A DNA stretch of 54,440 bases from a virus (IMGVR_UViG_3300022602_000130:1-54440); one strand, 5' to 3'; numbered from the stretch's first letter, positions 8,195-18,263 are shown. The notes: generated by a model not told the origin, from the sequence alone. Numbers and translations are program-made.

Positions 8195-9601
8195 ATGGCA
8201 AAATCTTATGATACAGCAGTTCAAAAACTATTCATTGAAATGATGTTAAGTGACCCACAAAGTTATGTGCGTGTCCAGAATATCTTTAATCCAAATAACT
8301 TTGACCGCAGTTTGCAAAGTGCCGCGAAGTTCATTAAAGAACATTGTGAAAAGCATGTTATCATGCCACTACATGAACAGATTAATGCTGCAACAAGCAA
8401 CGGTTTCCAACCTATACCTGGCATGACCGAAGAACATACTGGCTGGTTTTTGAGTGAATTTGAAGGTTTTACTAAACAAAAAGAATTAGAACGTGCAATC
8501 CTTAAAGCCGCTGATATGTTGGAAAAGGGTGACTTTGATCCAGTTGAAAAGATTATCAAAGATGCAGTCCAAATCAGTTTGACTAAAGACCTTGGCACTG
8601 ATTACTTTGAAGACCCTATTGCTCGTCTTACAAAGATTAAAGATAATAATGGTCAAACCAGCACAGGTTGGAATACACTTGACCAGAAGTTGTATGGCGG
8701 TTTCAATCGTGGTGAATTGAACATTTTTGCTGGTGGTTCGGGTTCGGGTAAGTCACTGTTCATGCAGAATATCGCATGTAATTGGGTATTGGCCGGTCTT
8801 AACGGCGTTTATATCACACTTGAATTGAGTGAAGAGTTGACTGCTATGCGCATTGATGGCATGTTGACCAATACACCATCTAAAGATATTTTTAAAAGCA
8901 TTGAAGATATTGAAGTCAAAGTTAAAATGCTTGGTAAAAAGAGTGGACGATTGCAAATCAAATATCTACCAGCACAAAGCAATATCAATGATGTCCGTGC
9001 TTATATCAAAGAACTGCAAATTCGCAGTGGTCGTCGTGTTGACTTTGTTATGATTGATTATCTTGATTTGCTTATGCCAGTGAGTGCAAAAGTTAGCCCA
9101 AGTGACCTATTTGTTAAAGACAAGTATGTATCGGAAGAAATTCGTAACTTTGCAAAGGAAATGGACATTCTGCTTGTCACAGCATCACAGTTGAACCGTG
9201 CATCCGTAGAAGAAGTAGAGTTTGACCATTCGCATATCAGTGGTGGTATTTCCAAGATTAATACTGCCGATAATCTGTTTGGCATCTTTACAAGTCGCAG
9301 TATGCGTGAACATGGCAAGTATCAATTACAGCTTATGAAGACTCGTAGTAGTAGTGGCGTTGGTCAAAAGATTGAACTTGAGTTTGATATTGATAGTTTG
9401 CGTATCCGTGATTTAGCAGAAGATGCTGAATATCAACAGTTTAAGAAACAAAGCAGCAGTATCTTTGCAAGCATCAAGAGTGGCAGCAGCGTAAAACCAA
9501 CTACAGAAGCAGTGCCAGAAGATCAACCAGGTAAAATTGTTGCTGATGTCAATAGCAGTGCATTAAAACAAATGCTAAACAATCTTAAGCAGAAGAGTTA
9601 A
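8195..9601 (+). CDS. dnaB: Replicative DNA helicase (DnaB/T4 gp41-like)
   Basis: Walker A GGSGSGKS, ITLELSEE, MIDYLDL, TASQLNR, KTR. Confidence 0.92.
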   Translation: MAKSYDTAVQKLFIEMMLSDPQSYVRVQNIFNPNNFDRSLQSAAKFIKEHCEKHVIMPLHEQINAATSNGFQPIPGMTEEHTGWFLSEFEGFTKQKELERAILKAADMLEKGDFDPVEKIIKDAVQISLTKDLGTDYFEDPIARLTKIKDNNGQTSTGWNTLDQKLYGGFNRGELNIFAGGSGSGKSLFMQNIACNWVLAGLNGVYITLELSEELTAMRIDGMLTNTPSKDIFKSIEDIEVKVKMLGKKSGRLQIKYLPAQSNINDVRAYIKELQIRSGRRVDFVMIDYLDLLMPVSAKVSPSDLFVKDKYVSEEIRNFAKEMDILLVTASQLNRASVEEVEFDHSHISGGISKINTADNLFGIFTSRSMREHGKYQLQLMKTRSSSGVGQKIELEFDIDSLRIRDLAEDAEYQQFKKQSSSIFASIKSGSSVKPTTEAVPEDQPGKIVADVNSSALKQMLNNLKQKS

Positions 9602-11288
9602 ACTTTTCTAATTTTAATGTGCGCACATTTTGACATTCAATATACTGACTGCCATTGCTTGTTTTGACTTTGCCTACACCACACACAACATCATAGTCGT
9701 GATATGCAACTGGACCTTTTACCAATAGGTCAATATATTTTCCGTTACCAACACCAAGGGTAAGAAAGGTGATATACTTCCCGCCTTCTCCCTTGAATAC
9801 GCGACCATTGGCAACAAGACCAGCAAATTCAAAACGGTCAAGATACTGATTATTGCAATAAAAACCTGGTAAAAACTCTGCATCGCCCCACCATCCATAT
9901 TTTCTATATTCATATATAGGGTCATTTAGTAAGCTATAATTATATCCAAGTTCACGCAAATCCCAACCAGCGCGTTTGGCTTCATTTTTATAAACCCAAC
10001 GGCGATAGCTGCCTTCGCAATGCTTAAGATATGCTGCCCAAAATGGTTTTGGGTTGTGTGCTTTTTGATATGCAAGTGCCCAAATCAATCTCCCAAGATT
10101 TACAGCGTGTGCACGGCATAGCCCAAAGTTTCCAAGTTGATATAGTTCATCTATAATTTCTGTTTTATTTGGATGTGTGCCCATGCGGTGCATAAACTCA
10201 TAGACTTTTTCTTCATTCTTTTTTGCAAATGCACGACGATACATATCTGCCTCATACATATCACAGCCAATTAGTTTGCTTATCTTCTTAATAGCATCAT
10301 CTTCATATACAATGCTTTCTTCTAACCGCTGTTCTGTCCAGTCATGGAAGAAACTGGCTTTTTGACGACCAGTAGTTGCAACAGGGCGTATAAGTGCTGT
10401 TGCAAATACACAATCGCTGCGTGACTTTGGTTGTATTGCACGGAACAATCGGCGCATTGCTGGTGATTCACCTTGTGTTACACCTAATACATCGCCGTTA
10501 CAAAGTAGGTTTATAGTCGCTTCATCATAATCAGGATAATCTTCTAATCCCATGTTTGGTTCTATTTCATAAAGTTGACTTAACCCACGATTGGCAAGTA
10601 TATCAACTTTTAGGTGTTCAAGGTCTTCTACTTCATGTTTGTCTAATAGGATTTGATTGTCAGCATTTATTAAACTTTTTGGTAGATTATGCTTGAACAC
10701 AAGTATGCCACCGCAGTGTTTGCTAATGGCTCGTTTCTTACCAAGCAACTTCTTTTCAATACGAATAGCTTCCCCTATGTCAATGTCAAGATCATCGTAT
10801 TTGAAGTTGCGTGGTAATTTTCCCTTTGCACCAAGTCGTCTTGCTGCTTCGCGCTTGGCGCTTTTTTCTTTAAATGTTACATAATTACTAATTCGTGCAC
10901 TCTTGCCAGGCCAGCGTTTAAATATGCGTTCCATTACTGTAGTTTGCGCCCAATGTGGATAATCTATATCAATATCTGGCAAGTCGTCACGGTGTGGATT
11001 TAAGAATCGTGACAGTGGTATATCCCATTTGATAGGATCGACATCTGTGATTCCTAATGCCCAACAAACCAAGCTACTGCCTGCACTGCCACGAGTCATA
11101 TGTGGTAGGTCAGCAGTCATATCTAATATTTCACGGATTTGTAGGAAGTAATCTGTAAATCGTAAACCCAAGATGATTTCTATTTCTTCAACAAGGCGGT
11201 CATTGTATGCCGCATCATCTGGTATTTGTCTTCTAAATTCTCGTAATAATTGTTCGCATTGTGCCTGTGCATTTTCTGGTAGTTTCAT
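9585..11288 (-). CDS. dnaE: DNA polymerase III alpha-like (DnaE), lacking the PHP domain
   Basis: RGSAGSSLV, PDIDIDY, SKHCGG, KVDILANRGL, ALIRP, RAHA; C-terminal OB-like region. Confidence 0.9.
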   Translation of the reverse strand: MKLPENAQAQCEQLLREFRRQIPDDAAYNDRLVEEIEIILGLRFTDYFLQIREILDMTADLPHMTRGSAGSSLVCWALGITDVDPIKWDIPLSRFLNPHRDDLPDIDIDYPHWAQTTVMERIFKRWPGKSARISNYVTFKEKSAKREAARRLGAKGKLPRNFKYDDLDIDIGEAIRIEKKLLGKKRAISKHCGGILVFKHNLPKSLINADNQILLDKHEVEDLEHLKVDILANRGLSQLYEIEPNMGLEDYPDYDEATINLLCNGDVLGVTQGESPAMRRLFRAIQPKSRSDCVFATALIRPVATTGRQKASFFHDWTEQRLEESIVYEDDAIKKISKLIGCDMYEADMYRRAFAKKNEEKVYEFMHRMGTHPNKTEIIDELYQLGNFGLCRAHAVNLGRLIWALAYQKAHNPKPFWAAYLKHCEGSYRRWVYKNEAKRAGWDLRELGYNYSLLNDPIYEYRKYGWWGDAEFLPGFYCNNQYLDRFEFAGLVANGRVFKGEGGKYITFLTLGVGNGKYIDLLVKGPVAYHDYDVVCGVGKVKTSNGSQYIECQNVRTLKLEKFNSSA

Positions 11289-11367
11289 ATAATATTGCCT
11301 TTATTGCCTAAATGTGCCTATAATATAATAATTATCTTTGAAAAATTAGGTTAATAAATATTTTAGA

Positions 11368-12519
11368 ATGAAATCAAATAATTTTTGTTATGAACCTTGG
11401 GTTGGGTTAGATATAGATAACTCTGGATTGATTAGACCATGCTGCAAATTTAATGTAAAAAGTGCAGAAGATTGGGAAAATTATAATATAAACCAGATTT
11501 CAATTGATGATTATAAAAAGAGCAATGGCTTAAACGCATTAAAAGAATCATTTTTAAATGGTGATAAACCAGTAGCATGTGAGCGTTGTTGGAAAGACGA
11601 AGAAGCAAATTACCCAAGTAAACGTCAAATGGATTATGAACGTTGGAAATCAGAATTTGATGGATTTGATATTACTACATCCGATACATTATTATTGACT
11701 CTTCCACTTGGAAACACTTGTAATTTAAAATGCAGAATTTGTAGCCCAAATTCAAGCAGTAGTTGGAAAAAAGAATTTCAAGATATCTATAATATAAAGT
11801 ATAAAGTAACTAATTGGGAAAATGATGATTCAATATGGCAATCGTTGTTAGATATGACAGATAATATATTAGAATTGCATTTGCATGGTGGTGAACCATT
11901 TTTATACGATAACAAAAAACATTTAGAAATTTTAGACAAGATTTGTAAATCACCTAATTCTAAAAAAATAAAGTTGCACTATAATACAAATGGCACTGTA
12001 TTTCCAGAACAAAAATATTGGGATATATTTGAAAAATTGGGATGGGTTGATATTCAACCTAGTATAGATGATATTGGTGCACGTTTTGAATATAATAGAA
12101 AAAATGCTGATTGGCATGTAGTTGAAGAAAACTTGATAAAATATAGAAATTATATAAATGATAGACCTAATATGCAGTTAAGCATTAGCACAACTGTAAG
12201 TGTGTTTACAATTTATTATCTTGATGAAATGTTTACTTATTTTATGGATAATGAACTACCAAAACCATGGTTAGGAAAATTATCTAAACCAGAATATTAT
12301 CGTTGTTCAATATTTCCAATTCAAGCCAAAGAAATAATCAAAAGCAAATTATCAAATAGCAAACATGAAGATTTACAAAATATAAGCAAATGGGTAGACT
12401 CAGATGACAGTTCTTTTTTAAATAAATTTAAAGAAAATATTAAATTACACGATAATTACAGAAAAGAATCGTTTGAAAAAGTATTTCCTGAAATATATCC
12501 TTGGTTATTTGAAACATGA
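11368..12519 (+). CDS. Radical SAM protein with an N-terminal SPASM/twitch-like Cys cluster
   Basis: CNLKCRIC, GGEPF, NTNGT; N-terminal CYEPW...RPCC...CERCW. Confidence 0.9.
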   Translation: MKSNNFCYEPWVGLDIDNSGLIRPCCKFNVKSAEDWENYNINQISIDDYKKSNGLNALKESFLNGDKPVACERCWKDEEANYPSKRQMDYERWKSEFDGFDITTSDTLLLTLPLGNTCNLKCRICSPNSSSSWKKEFQDIYNIKYKVTNWENDDSIWQSLLDMTDNILELHLHGGEPFLYDNKKHLEILDKICKSPNSKKIKLHYNTNGTVFPEQKYWDIFEKLGWVDIQPSIDDIGARFEYNRKNADWHVVEENLIKYRNYINDRPNMQLSISTTVSVFTIYYLDEMFTYFMDNELPKPWLGKLSKPEYYRCSIFPIQAKEIIKSKLSNSKHEDLQNISKWVDSDDSSFLNKFKENIKLHDNYRKESFEKVFPEIYPWLFET

Positions 12520-13526
12520 TCCAGATAGAAAAAATACAACATCTTCACATGGAATTCAGCAGTTTATGTAATGCTCGCTGTCCACTATGCCCAAGAAATT
12601 TATATGGATATCCATATAATCGTGGATATGAAGAAACAAATTTATCGTTGGCACTCATACAAAAATCATTTAGCCCACAGTTTATAAAACAATTAGGTAT
12701 GATTTTAGTTAATGGAAATTTTGGTGATTTTACTGCTAATTTAGAAAGTATAGATATACTAAAATATTTTAAAAAACATAATCCAAGTTTATTTGTGCAA
12801 ATAAGCACAAATGGCAGTGCAAGAAATGCTGAATTTTGGACTGAACTTGGAAAGTTTAAAAATACAAGAACAGAATTTTGTTTAGATGGACTTGAAGATA
12901 CGCATCATCTATATCGTCAAGATACAGATTTCAATAAAATTATAGAAAATGCCAAAACTTATATGGCTTCTGGTGGTTTTGCTATATGGAAAATGATTAA
13001 ATTTGACCATAATAAACACCAAATTAAAGAGGCGAAACAAAAAAGTATTGAGTATGGATTTCGCAGTTTTAATTTACAAGATCATGGTAGAAATAGTGGA
13101 CCAGTTTTTGATCGTAAAGGGAATTTAGTGCATGTTATGGGTGATTGGAATGCAAGCACTGATATTGAAGAAATAATAGAGTTTCATGGTCAACCAGACA
13201 ACAAGTTTAACTTTCCGCCTTATGATCCAAATAGAACAATAAGTTGTGGCACAAAAAATAAAAGATCAATTTATATTGCAGCCGATGGCAGAGTTTATCC
13301 ATGTTGTTTTACAGGATTTTCACCTCATTCTTATAATAAAGGATGGCACGGATTTATTAATAAACAAATAGCACCATTGGTTAAAAATAATAGTTTACAT
13401 GAAAATACACTTGAAGAAGCTATAGGTTGGTTCAGTAAAGTTGAATCGGCTTGGACTAAAACAAGTATAGAAGATGGTCGCTTAATACAGTGCGACATTA
13501 CTTGTGGTAAATTGGAAACAGCTTAA
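12516..13526 (+). CDS. Radical SAM protein with a C-terminal SPASM-like domain
   Basis: CNARCPLC, STNG, DGL; C-terminal C...DGRVYPCC...CDITC. Confidence 0.9.
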   Translation: MIQIEKIQHLHMEFSSLCNARCPLCPRNLYGYPYNRGYEETNLSLALIQKSFSPQFIKQLGMILVNGNFGDFTANLESIDILKYFKKHNPSLFVQISTNGSARNAEFWTELGKFKNTRTEFCLDGLEDTHHLYRQDTDFNKIIENAKTYMASGGFAIWKMIKFDHNKHQIKEAKQKSIEYGFRSFNLQDHGRNSGPVFDRKGNLVHVMGDWNASTDIEEIIEFHGQPDNKFNFPPYDPNRTISCGTKNKRSIYIAADGRVYPCCFTGFSPHSYNKGWHGFINKQIAPLVKNNSLHENTLEEAIGWFSKVESAWTKTSIEDGRLIQCDITCGKLETA

Positions 13527-13558
13527 AAAACCCTAAATAATTTTGGAGTACTACTATT

Positions 13559-13807
13559 TTGCGCAAACAAACCCGTTCTATTCTTGACGAACTTAGTTCA
13601 ATGACTGTTAGTCAAAATAATGGTTTGGTTTTAGAAAGCCGTGCCAATCATATCATCAACAGTGCTATTAATTTGATTAATCAAATTCGTGAAACATATG
13701 ATACACCAGAAGCAGAAGAATTAGAACGCCGTTTATTGAATAGCATACGTACACAAGAACCGCAGAAATTTGTTCGTGGACTTCGTAAAATAAACGAAAG
13801 CAAATAA
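13559..13807 (+). CDS. Small phage protein (possibly head-associated)
   Basis: TTG start after GGAG; TAAATA upstream; ends in INESK. Confidence 0.65.
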   Translation: MRKQTRSILDELSSMTVSQNNGLVLESRANHIINSAINLINQIRETYDTPEAEELERRLLNSIRTQEPQKFVRGLRKINESK

Positions 13808-13885
13808 TACCATTATTGTGTTATTTCCCCCTTAAAACATAAATACCTTTAGCGTAATAATAACGCATATTTTTGGAGAAATAAA

Positions 13886-14326
13886 ATGGCAGATTTTTAT
13901 CGTGTAAATGGTTCAGTCGGTGCTGTCGGTGACGGCAAGGGCTTTATCTCAACTGCTGCAGGTGCAAGCTTTATTGGTAAGTTCCCAATTGCTCTTGCAA
14001 TCGTTATTCAAGACGGTAGCTTGAACAAGGCTAACCTACAGGCAGAACTTGGTGTTAACTATGCAGTTGAAGGCATTCTAAAGGCAATTGCTGCAAACAC
14101 TACAATTCTTGCTTACCAAGTTGAAGCAAACACTAACGGCAACCTTTCACTTCTACTTGAAGGTGCAGAAGGTCTTTCATCAACTGACGCAGGTATTGCT
14201 TCTACTGTTCAGAGCATGATCCGCAACGGTGGTAACGGTGCTGGTTACTATGGTAACAACAACGTTAACGCAAGTGGTTCAGTTGTTGTTAACAACGGTT
14301 TCCGTATCACATACGCTGGTTCCTAA
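13886..14326 (+). CDS. Highly expressed putative structural (decoration-like) protein
   Basis: TAAATA and GGAG upstream; strong GGT/AAC/GCT codon bias; terminator follows. Confidence 0.7.
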   Translation: MADFYRVNGSVGAVGDGKGFISTAAGASFIGKFPIALAIVIQDGSLNKANLQAELGVNYAVEGILKAIAANTTILAYQVEANTNGNLSLLLEGAEGLSSTDAGIASTVQSMIRNGGNGAGYYGNNNVNASGSVVVNNGFRITYAGS

Positions 14327-14353
14327 TACCAGTTGTGGGATACAACCTATTAG

Positions 14354-14380
14354 AGGGTGGGATTTTTCCCACCCTTTTTT
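14354..14380 (+). terminator. Rho-independent terminator
   Basis: AGGGTGGGA-TTTT-TCCCACCCT followed by a T-tract. Confidence 0.85.
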
Positions 14381-14397
14381 ATTGTCTATATAGTAAT

Positions 14398-14760
14398 ATG
14401 ATAAGATGTTTTAGTTTAATAGATTTGGGAAACGAAATTAGTATTAATAAAAATTGGACAAGTCTATTACAATCAATAAGTTTATATTCTGATTTTGAAG
14501 TATTGGGTTACCCAAAAAAAATCTATCGTGATGTGGATGGATTAAATTTTGGAGAATCCTATAGTGGATTTCATAATGTATGGATATTTGACTTTGAAGA
14601 TAACAAAACAAGCGATACAAGTGAATTAGAAAAAATTATAAATCATGTTCCAATTATATGCGGACTTAATGAAACTATCAAAATGCCCCTTAAAGTTATA
14701 TTAACTGATACTATAAATAAAAATATCAGCCTTTTATTGATGAAATCAATTATTAAATAA
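14398..14760 (+). CDS. Hypothetical protein
   Basis: ATG 14398; FG..YSG.HNVWIFDFE...VPIICGLNET. Confidence 0.65.
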   Translation: MIRCFSLIDLGNEISINKNWTSLLQSISLYSDFEVLGYPKKIYRDVDGLNFGESYSGFHNVWIFDFEDNKTSDTSELEKIINHVPIICGLNETIKMPLKVILTDTINKNISLLLMKSIIK

Positions 14761-14781
14761 TAATGCTCTGTGGGGATTAGT

Positions 14782-15051
14782 ATGACTACCATTTATAAAA
14801 ACGAACGCGAAAGTTTGGAAGCACATGTTGATCTTTGTGCAGAGCGTTATGATAAAATGGAGAATAAAATGGATACTATGGAATTAAGACTTGCAAAAGT
14901 TGAGTCCATAGTCAGCGAGATCAAATCTATGTTGATCGAAAAAGAAACTTTGGCTTACAAAAAACTCGTTGGCATTGGCGTTGGCATTATTGGCTCACTA
15001 TTAACTACACTTGTAGGACTTGTAATTTATATTGCAAAATCGCATATTTAA
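14782..15051 (+). CDS. Coiled-coil protein with a C-terminal transmembrane helix (XhlA/holin-like)
   Basis: LEAHVDLCAERY coiled coil followed by LVGIGVGIIGSLLTTLVGLVIYI. Confidence 0.6.
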   Translation: MTTIYKNERESLEAHVDLCAERYDKMENKMDTMELRLAKVESIVSEIKSMLIEKETLAYKKLVGIGVGIIGSLLTTLVGLVIYIAKSHI

Positions 15052-15080
15052 TTGACAAGTGTCACGCTGTCATCTATAAT
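15052..15080 (+). promoter_or_regulatory. Sigma70-type early promoter (leaderless)
   Basis: TTGACA-N17-TATAAT-N6-ATG(15087). Confidence 0.8.
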
Positions 15081-15086
15081 TACAAT

Positions 15087-15521
15087 ATGAACAGCGAAAA
15101 ACACAACTTCAACAAAATTACGCAATTTATCACTGATTCTTACAACTCACTGCCTACAAAAGGCGTGATTGTTGTAAAGTCAGTGCGTAATGGTTTTATG
15201 GTCAATAATATCTTTGTTAAAGAAAACAGCGGTCAGTGGGTTGTTGAAAAAGATAAAATAACTGTTTCCAGTTTTAGACAACGCAGAATTGCTATTCTAT
15301 ATGCAGCATTGATAAGCAAAAAAAGAAGTGCAGACAGCAGCAAGATGTATGGTTTTGATCAGCAATTAGATATATGTTTAGAAGACAAAAACAATTATTC
15401 AATAAGAATTAAAAAATCAAATAATGCAGTTTTAGCTGATAGGCTTAGTAGAACAAAGAATGACCTTGAGTTATTAGATCAGCAATTGCGAGAATTAGAA
15501 AAAAGTCTCGGTTTGCAATAA
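15087..15521 (+). CDS. Hypothetical protein
   Basis: 144-aa ORF directly behind a consensus promoter. Confidence 0.7.
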   Translation: MNSEKHNFNKITQFITDSYNSLPTKGVIVVKSVRNGFMVNNIFVKENSGQWVVEKDKITVSSFRQRRIAILYAALISKKRSADSSKMYGFDQQLDICLEDKNNYSIRIKKSNNAVLADRLSRTKNDLELLDQQLRELEKSLGLQ

Positions 15522-15541
15522 ATAACTTAAACAAGGACATC

Positions 15542-16477
15542 ATGATGTTTGTGAATGAGTTTAATAATTTATCTGCCAGCGAACTTAATCAACAGTTGGC
15601 AAAAGTTTATAAGTGGCAATTAAATCTTGGCCAGCTTAAAGAAGGTGCTGTCAATTCTATGTTGTCAACACTACAAAACAAAATGAACACTATTCGCAAG
15701 AGTTCACAAGTTCATCATGCAGAACGTAACCCACAATATATGGAAGCGGTTATGGTATCAAAAGTTCTAGAAACATGGAAAAATGAAATGGCACAAGGTC
15801 GTAAAATTATTGCAGAAAAACTTCAAGCAATTAATGATTATTGCATGGTAACTCTTAATGAGCGTGAGTTAACACCAGCAGAATTAAAGAAGCGTGAGCA
15901 TTATGCAAAGGCTCTTAAAAAGCGCAGCGGTGATTTTGAAAAGCGTTATGGCAAGCGTGGCAAAGAAGTTATGTATGCAACTGCTACAAAGATGGCAAAG
16001 AATGAAAGCTATCAACTTCCACCAGCCCTTACAGAAGGTGAAATTGAACAGGCTCGTGTTACTATGGCAGCACGTGACCTTGCTGATACAGTGCAGGATA
16101 TCGTTGCAAAAATTAGCGATATGCAGAATGAACAACTACCAGCACTTGTAAGTGCTATGAAAGACGAAATTGGTATGGAACAAGCTACTTCATTTAATGA
16201 TTCAACCAAGCAAGTCTTGCAAGGTTTATTAGACTCTGCAAATCATGCTCGTGACACATTAGATAATGCAGCACGTGGCGTTTATAACCAACCATCTATG
16301 GGCGAACCAGATATGGGTGGTATGGATATGAGTGGTGTGGATATGGGTGCTGCTCCCGATATGAATGCACAAGGTAGTGAAGCACCAATGCCACCACGCG
16401 ATGGCGGCGAAGACTTAGCAACAGCAGATAGTGCAACTGGTGGAACTGCCGAATTAGGTCGCGGTAAGAGAGTTTAA
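15542..16477 (+). CDS. Putative prohead core/internal head protein
   Basis: TAAATA + AAGGA; N-terminal MFVNEF; several (I/L)xE sites; acidic Met/Gly/Pro tail. Confidence 0.6.
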   Translation: MMFVNEFNNLSASELNQQLAKVYKWQLNLGQLKEGAVNSMLSTLQNKMNTIRKSSQVHHAERNPQYMEAVMVSKVLETWKNEMAQGRKIIAEKLQAINDYCMVTLNERELTPAELKKREHYAKALKKRSGDFEKRYGKRGKEVMYATATKMAKNESYQLPPALTEGEIEQARVTMAARDLADTVQDIVAKISDMQNEQLPALVSAMKDEIGMEQATSFNDSTKQVLQGLLDSANHARDTLDNAARGVYNQPSMGEPDMGGMDMSGVDMGAAPDMNAQGSEAPMPPRDGGEDLATADSATGGTAELGRGKRV

Positions 16478-16479
16478 TA

Positions 16480-16920
16480 ATGAAACTCTTGGAAGTTGCA
16501 CCAGACTTTGTTCGTAGTCAAGTGGGAACCTTGATGACAATTTTGCAATTCTTGCAAAGTAAAACAGAACCTGGTGCAAAAATTCCAATGCAAAATGTCA
16601 CCAACTTAATGAACAATGCAGGTTATCCATTTGATTGGCGCACATTGGATGGTCTTAAGAAAAAATATAAAGCACTTGATGAATTAATCGGCAGCTATGA
16701 TGAAGATTCATTGACAATTGGTAGCAGTGAAGATGAAGATGAAAATCTTGGAGACCAAGATATTGGTCAAGAACCGCCACCAGAACCAAACATGGATATG
16801 AATCCAGACATGGGTATGGGTGCAGAACCAACAGCAGAACCAGAAGTAGATATTGCCGATGGTCGCAGTCCAGAACGTGCAACTGTTGATAAAATGGCTG
16901 CAAGAGCAGCACGTTTTTAA
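16480..16920 (+). CDS. Putative internal head protein, acidic
   Basis: N-terminal MKLLEV; acidic Pro-rich linker; ends in DKMAARAARF. Confidence 0.55.
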   Translation: MKLLEVAPDFVRSQVGTLMTILQFLQSKTEPGAKIPMQNVTNLMNNAGYPFDWRTLDGLKKKYKALDELIGSYDEDSLTIGSSEDEDENLGDQDIGQEPPPEPNMDMNPDMGMGAEPTAEPEVDIADGRSPERATVDKMAARAARF

Positions 16921-16932
16921 TCTAAATACACT

Positions 16933-17865
16933 ATGCGCATTGGTGATTTAGAACAACTTACAAAATTCCATGACAAGTTAAATCCTGATTTATGGCAAAA
17001 CAATCGCCTTAAGCCAGAAGTGCGTCTTGCGCTATTCAGAATTGCAAAAGCATTTGTTGATTTTATAAACATTCCTGATTTACAACTCACTGATATTACT
17101 ATCAGCGGCAGCAATGCCAGTTACAATTATAATAGTAACAGTGATATAGACTTGCATCTTGTTGCAGATGCGAAAGGACCATGTGAAGCAGACCTTGACC
17201 AATTGTTTATGGCAAAAAAAGGTGCGTTTAATGATCAGCATGATATTAACATCTATGGTCATGCAGTAGAAGTCTATGTTCAACGTAGCGATGAGAAACA
17301 TATCAGCAACGGAATTTATAGTGTATACAATGACAATTGGGTAAAGTTTCCAAAGAAAATAGTTGCTAATCCTGATACAACAAACATACAAGATAAGTTT
17401 GAAAACTTACACGCTGAAATTGACCAAGCCGTTGAAAGTGGTGATAGACATACAATCAAGAGACTTAAAGAACGCATCAAAAAGTTGCGTCAAAGTGGAT
17501 TAGAAAATGAAGGTGAGTTTGGCGTTGAAAACTTAGCCTTTAAACTATTGCGAAATGAAGGCGATTTGGATAAACTCAATGATGCACATTTACAAGCTGT
17601 TGATAATGATTTAAGTTTAAGTGAAGGAAATGCTTTTAGTGGTGCACTACGAACTGCACGTGAACGCGGTCTTGATTACTTTATCGTAGATGGTAAGAAA
17701 TACAAAGTTAAAAAATCCATGCAAAAGATTGAAGAGGCATGGAGTAAAAAATACAAAAAAAGTATAAATTGTAGTCATCCAAAAGGATTTAGTCAAAAAG
17801 CACACTGTGCTGGTAGACGCAAACGTCAAGAAGGCGGCAAGACAAAAAGTAAAAGTGTATCCTAA
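16933..17865 (+). CDS. Pol-beta superfamily nucleotidyltransferase, possibly virion-packaged
   Basis: ISGSNASYNY...SDIDLHL (GS...DxD) and VEVYV; C-terminal WSKKYKKSINCSHPKGFSQKAHC module. Confidence 0.75.
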   Translation: MRIGDLEQLTKFHDKLNPDLWQNNRLKPEVRLALFRIAKAFVDFINIPDLQLTDITISGSNASYNYNSNSDIDLHLVADAKGPCEADLDQLFMAKKGAFNDQHDINIYGHAVEVYVQRSDEKHISNGIYSVYNDNWVKFPKKIVANPDTTNIQDKFENLHAEIDQAVESGDRHTIKRLKERIKKLRQSGLENEGEFGVENLAFKLLRNEGDLDKLNDAHLQAVDNDLSLSEGNAFSGALRTARERGLDYFIVDGKKYKVKKSMQKIEEAWSKKYKKSINCSHPKGFSQKAHCAGRRKRQEGGKTKSKSVS

Positions 17866-17884
17866 ATATTAGTGGAAAAATAAT

Positions 17885-18223
17885 ATGTTTACAGCAACCA
17901 ATGCCAGAATCCAAAGTATAGATAGTTCAATTGTTGAAACTGAAATTGCACTTTTGAATATTAATATTTTAAAGGCAGTAAATGCTGGCAATATAAATGT
18001 AACTGTGTCAAATACCACACAAACGCCTTTTGCTGGCAATGTTGTTATTGGAACACCAATGACCATTGATACCAATTATTATAACGCTTGGCAAACAAGC
18101 GTTTCTAACGCATTGGCAAGTGGTTCAATGCAATCTGTATTAGACAATTTTGCTCGTTTGGGATATACTGTTAGCCGTGTTTCGACAGATGGTCAGCATA
18201 TCAGTTGGCAAATTAGTTGGTAA
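17885..18223 (+). CDS. Hypothetical (probably structural) protein
   Basis: TAAATA upstream; ends in LGYTVSR...WQISW. Confidence 0.65.
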   Translation: MFTATNARIQSIDSSIVETEIALLNINILKAVNAGNINVTVSNTTQTPFAGNVVIGTPMTIDTNYYNAWQTSVSNALASGSMQSVLDNFARLGYTVSRVSTDGQHISWQISW

Positions 18224-18229
18224 TTTAAC

Positions 18230-18257
18230 TTGACAATCCTTAAGATTGTGTTATAAT
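18230..18257 (+). promoter_or_regulatory. Sigma70-type early promoter (leaderless)
   Basis: TTGACA-N16-TATAAT with TGn extension, N6, ATG(18264). Confidence 0.75.
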
Positions 18258-18263
18258 TAAAGA

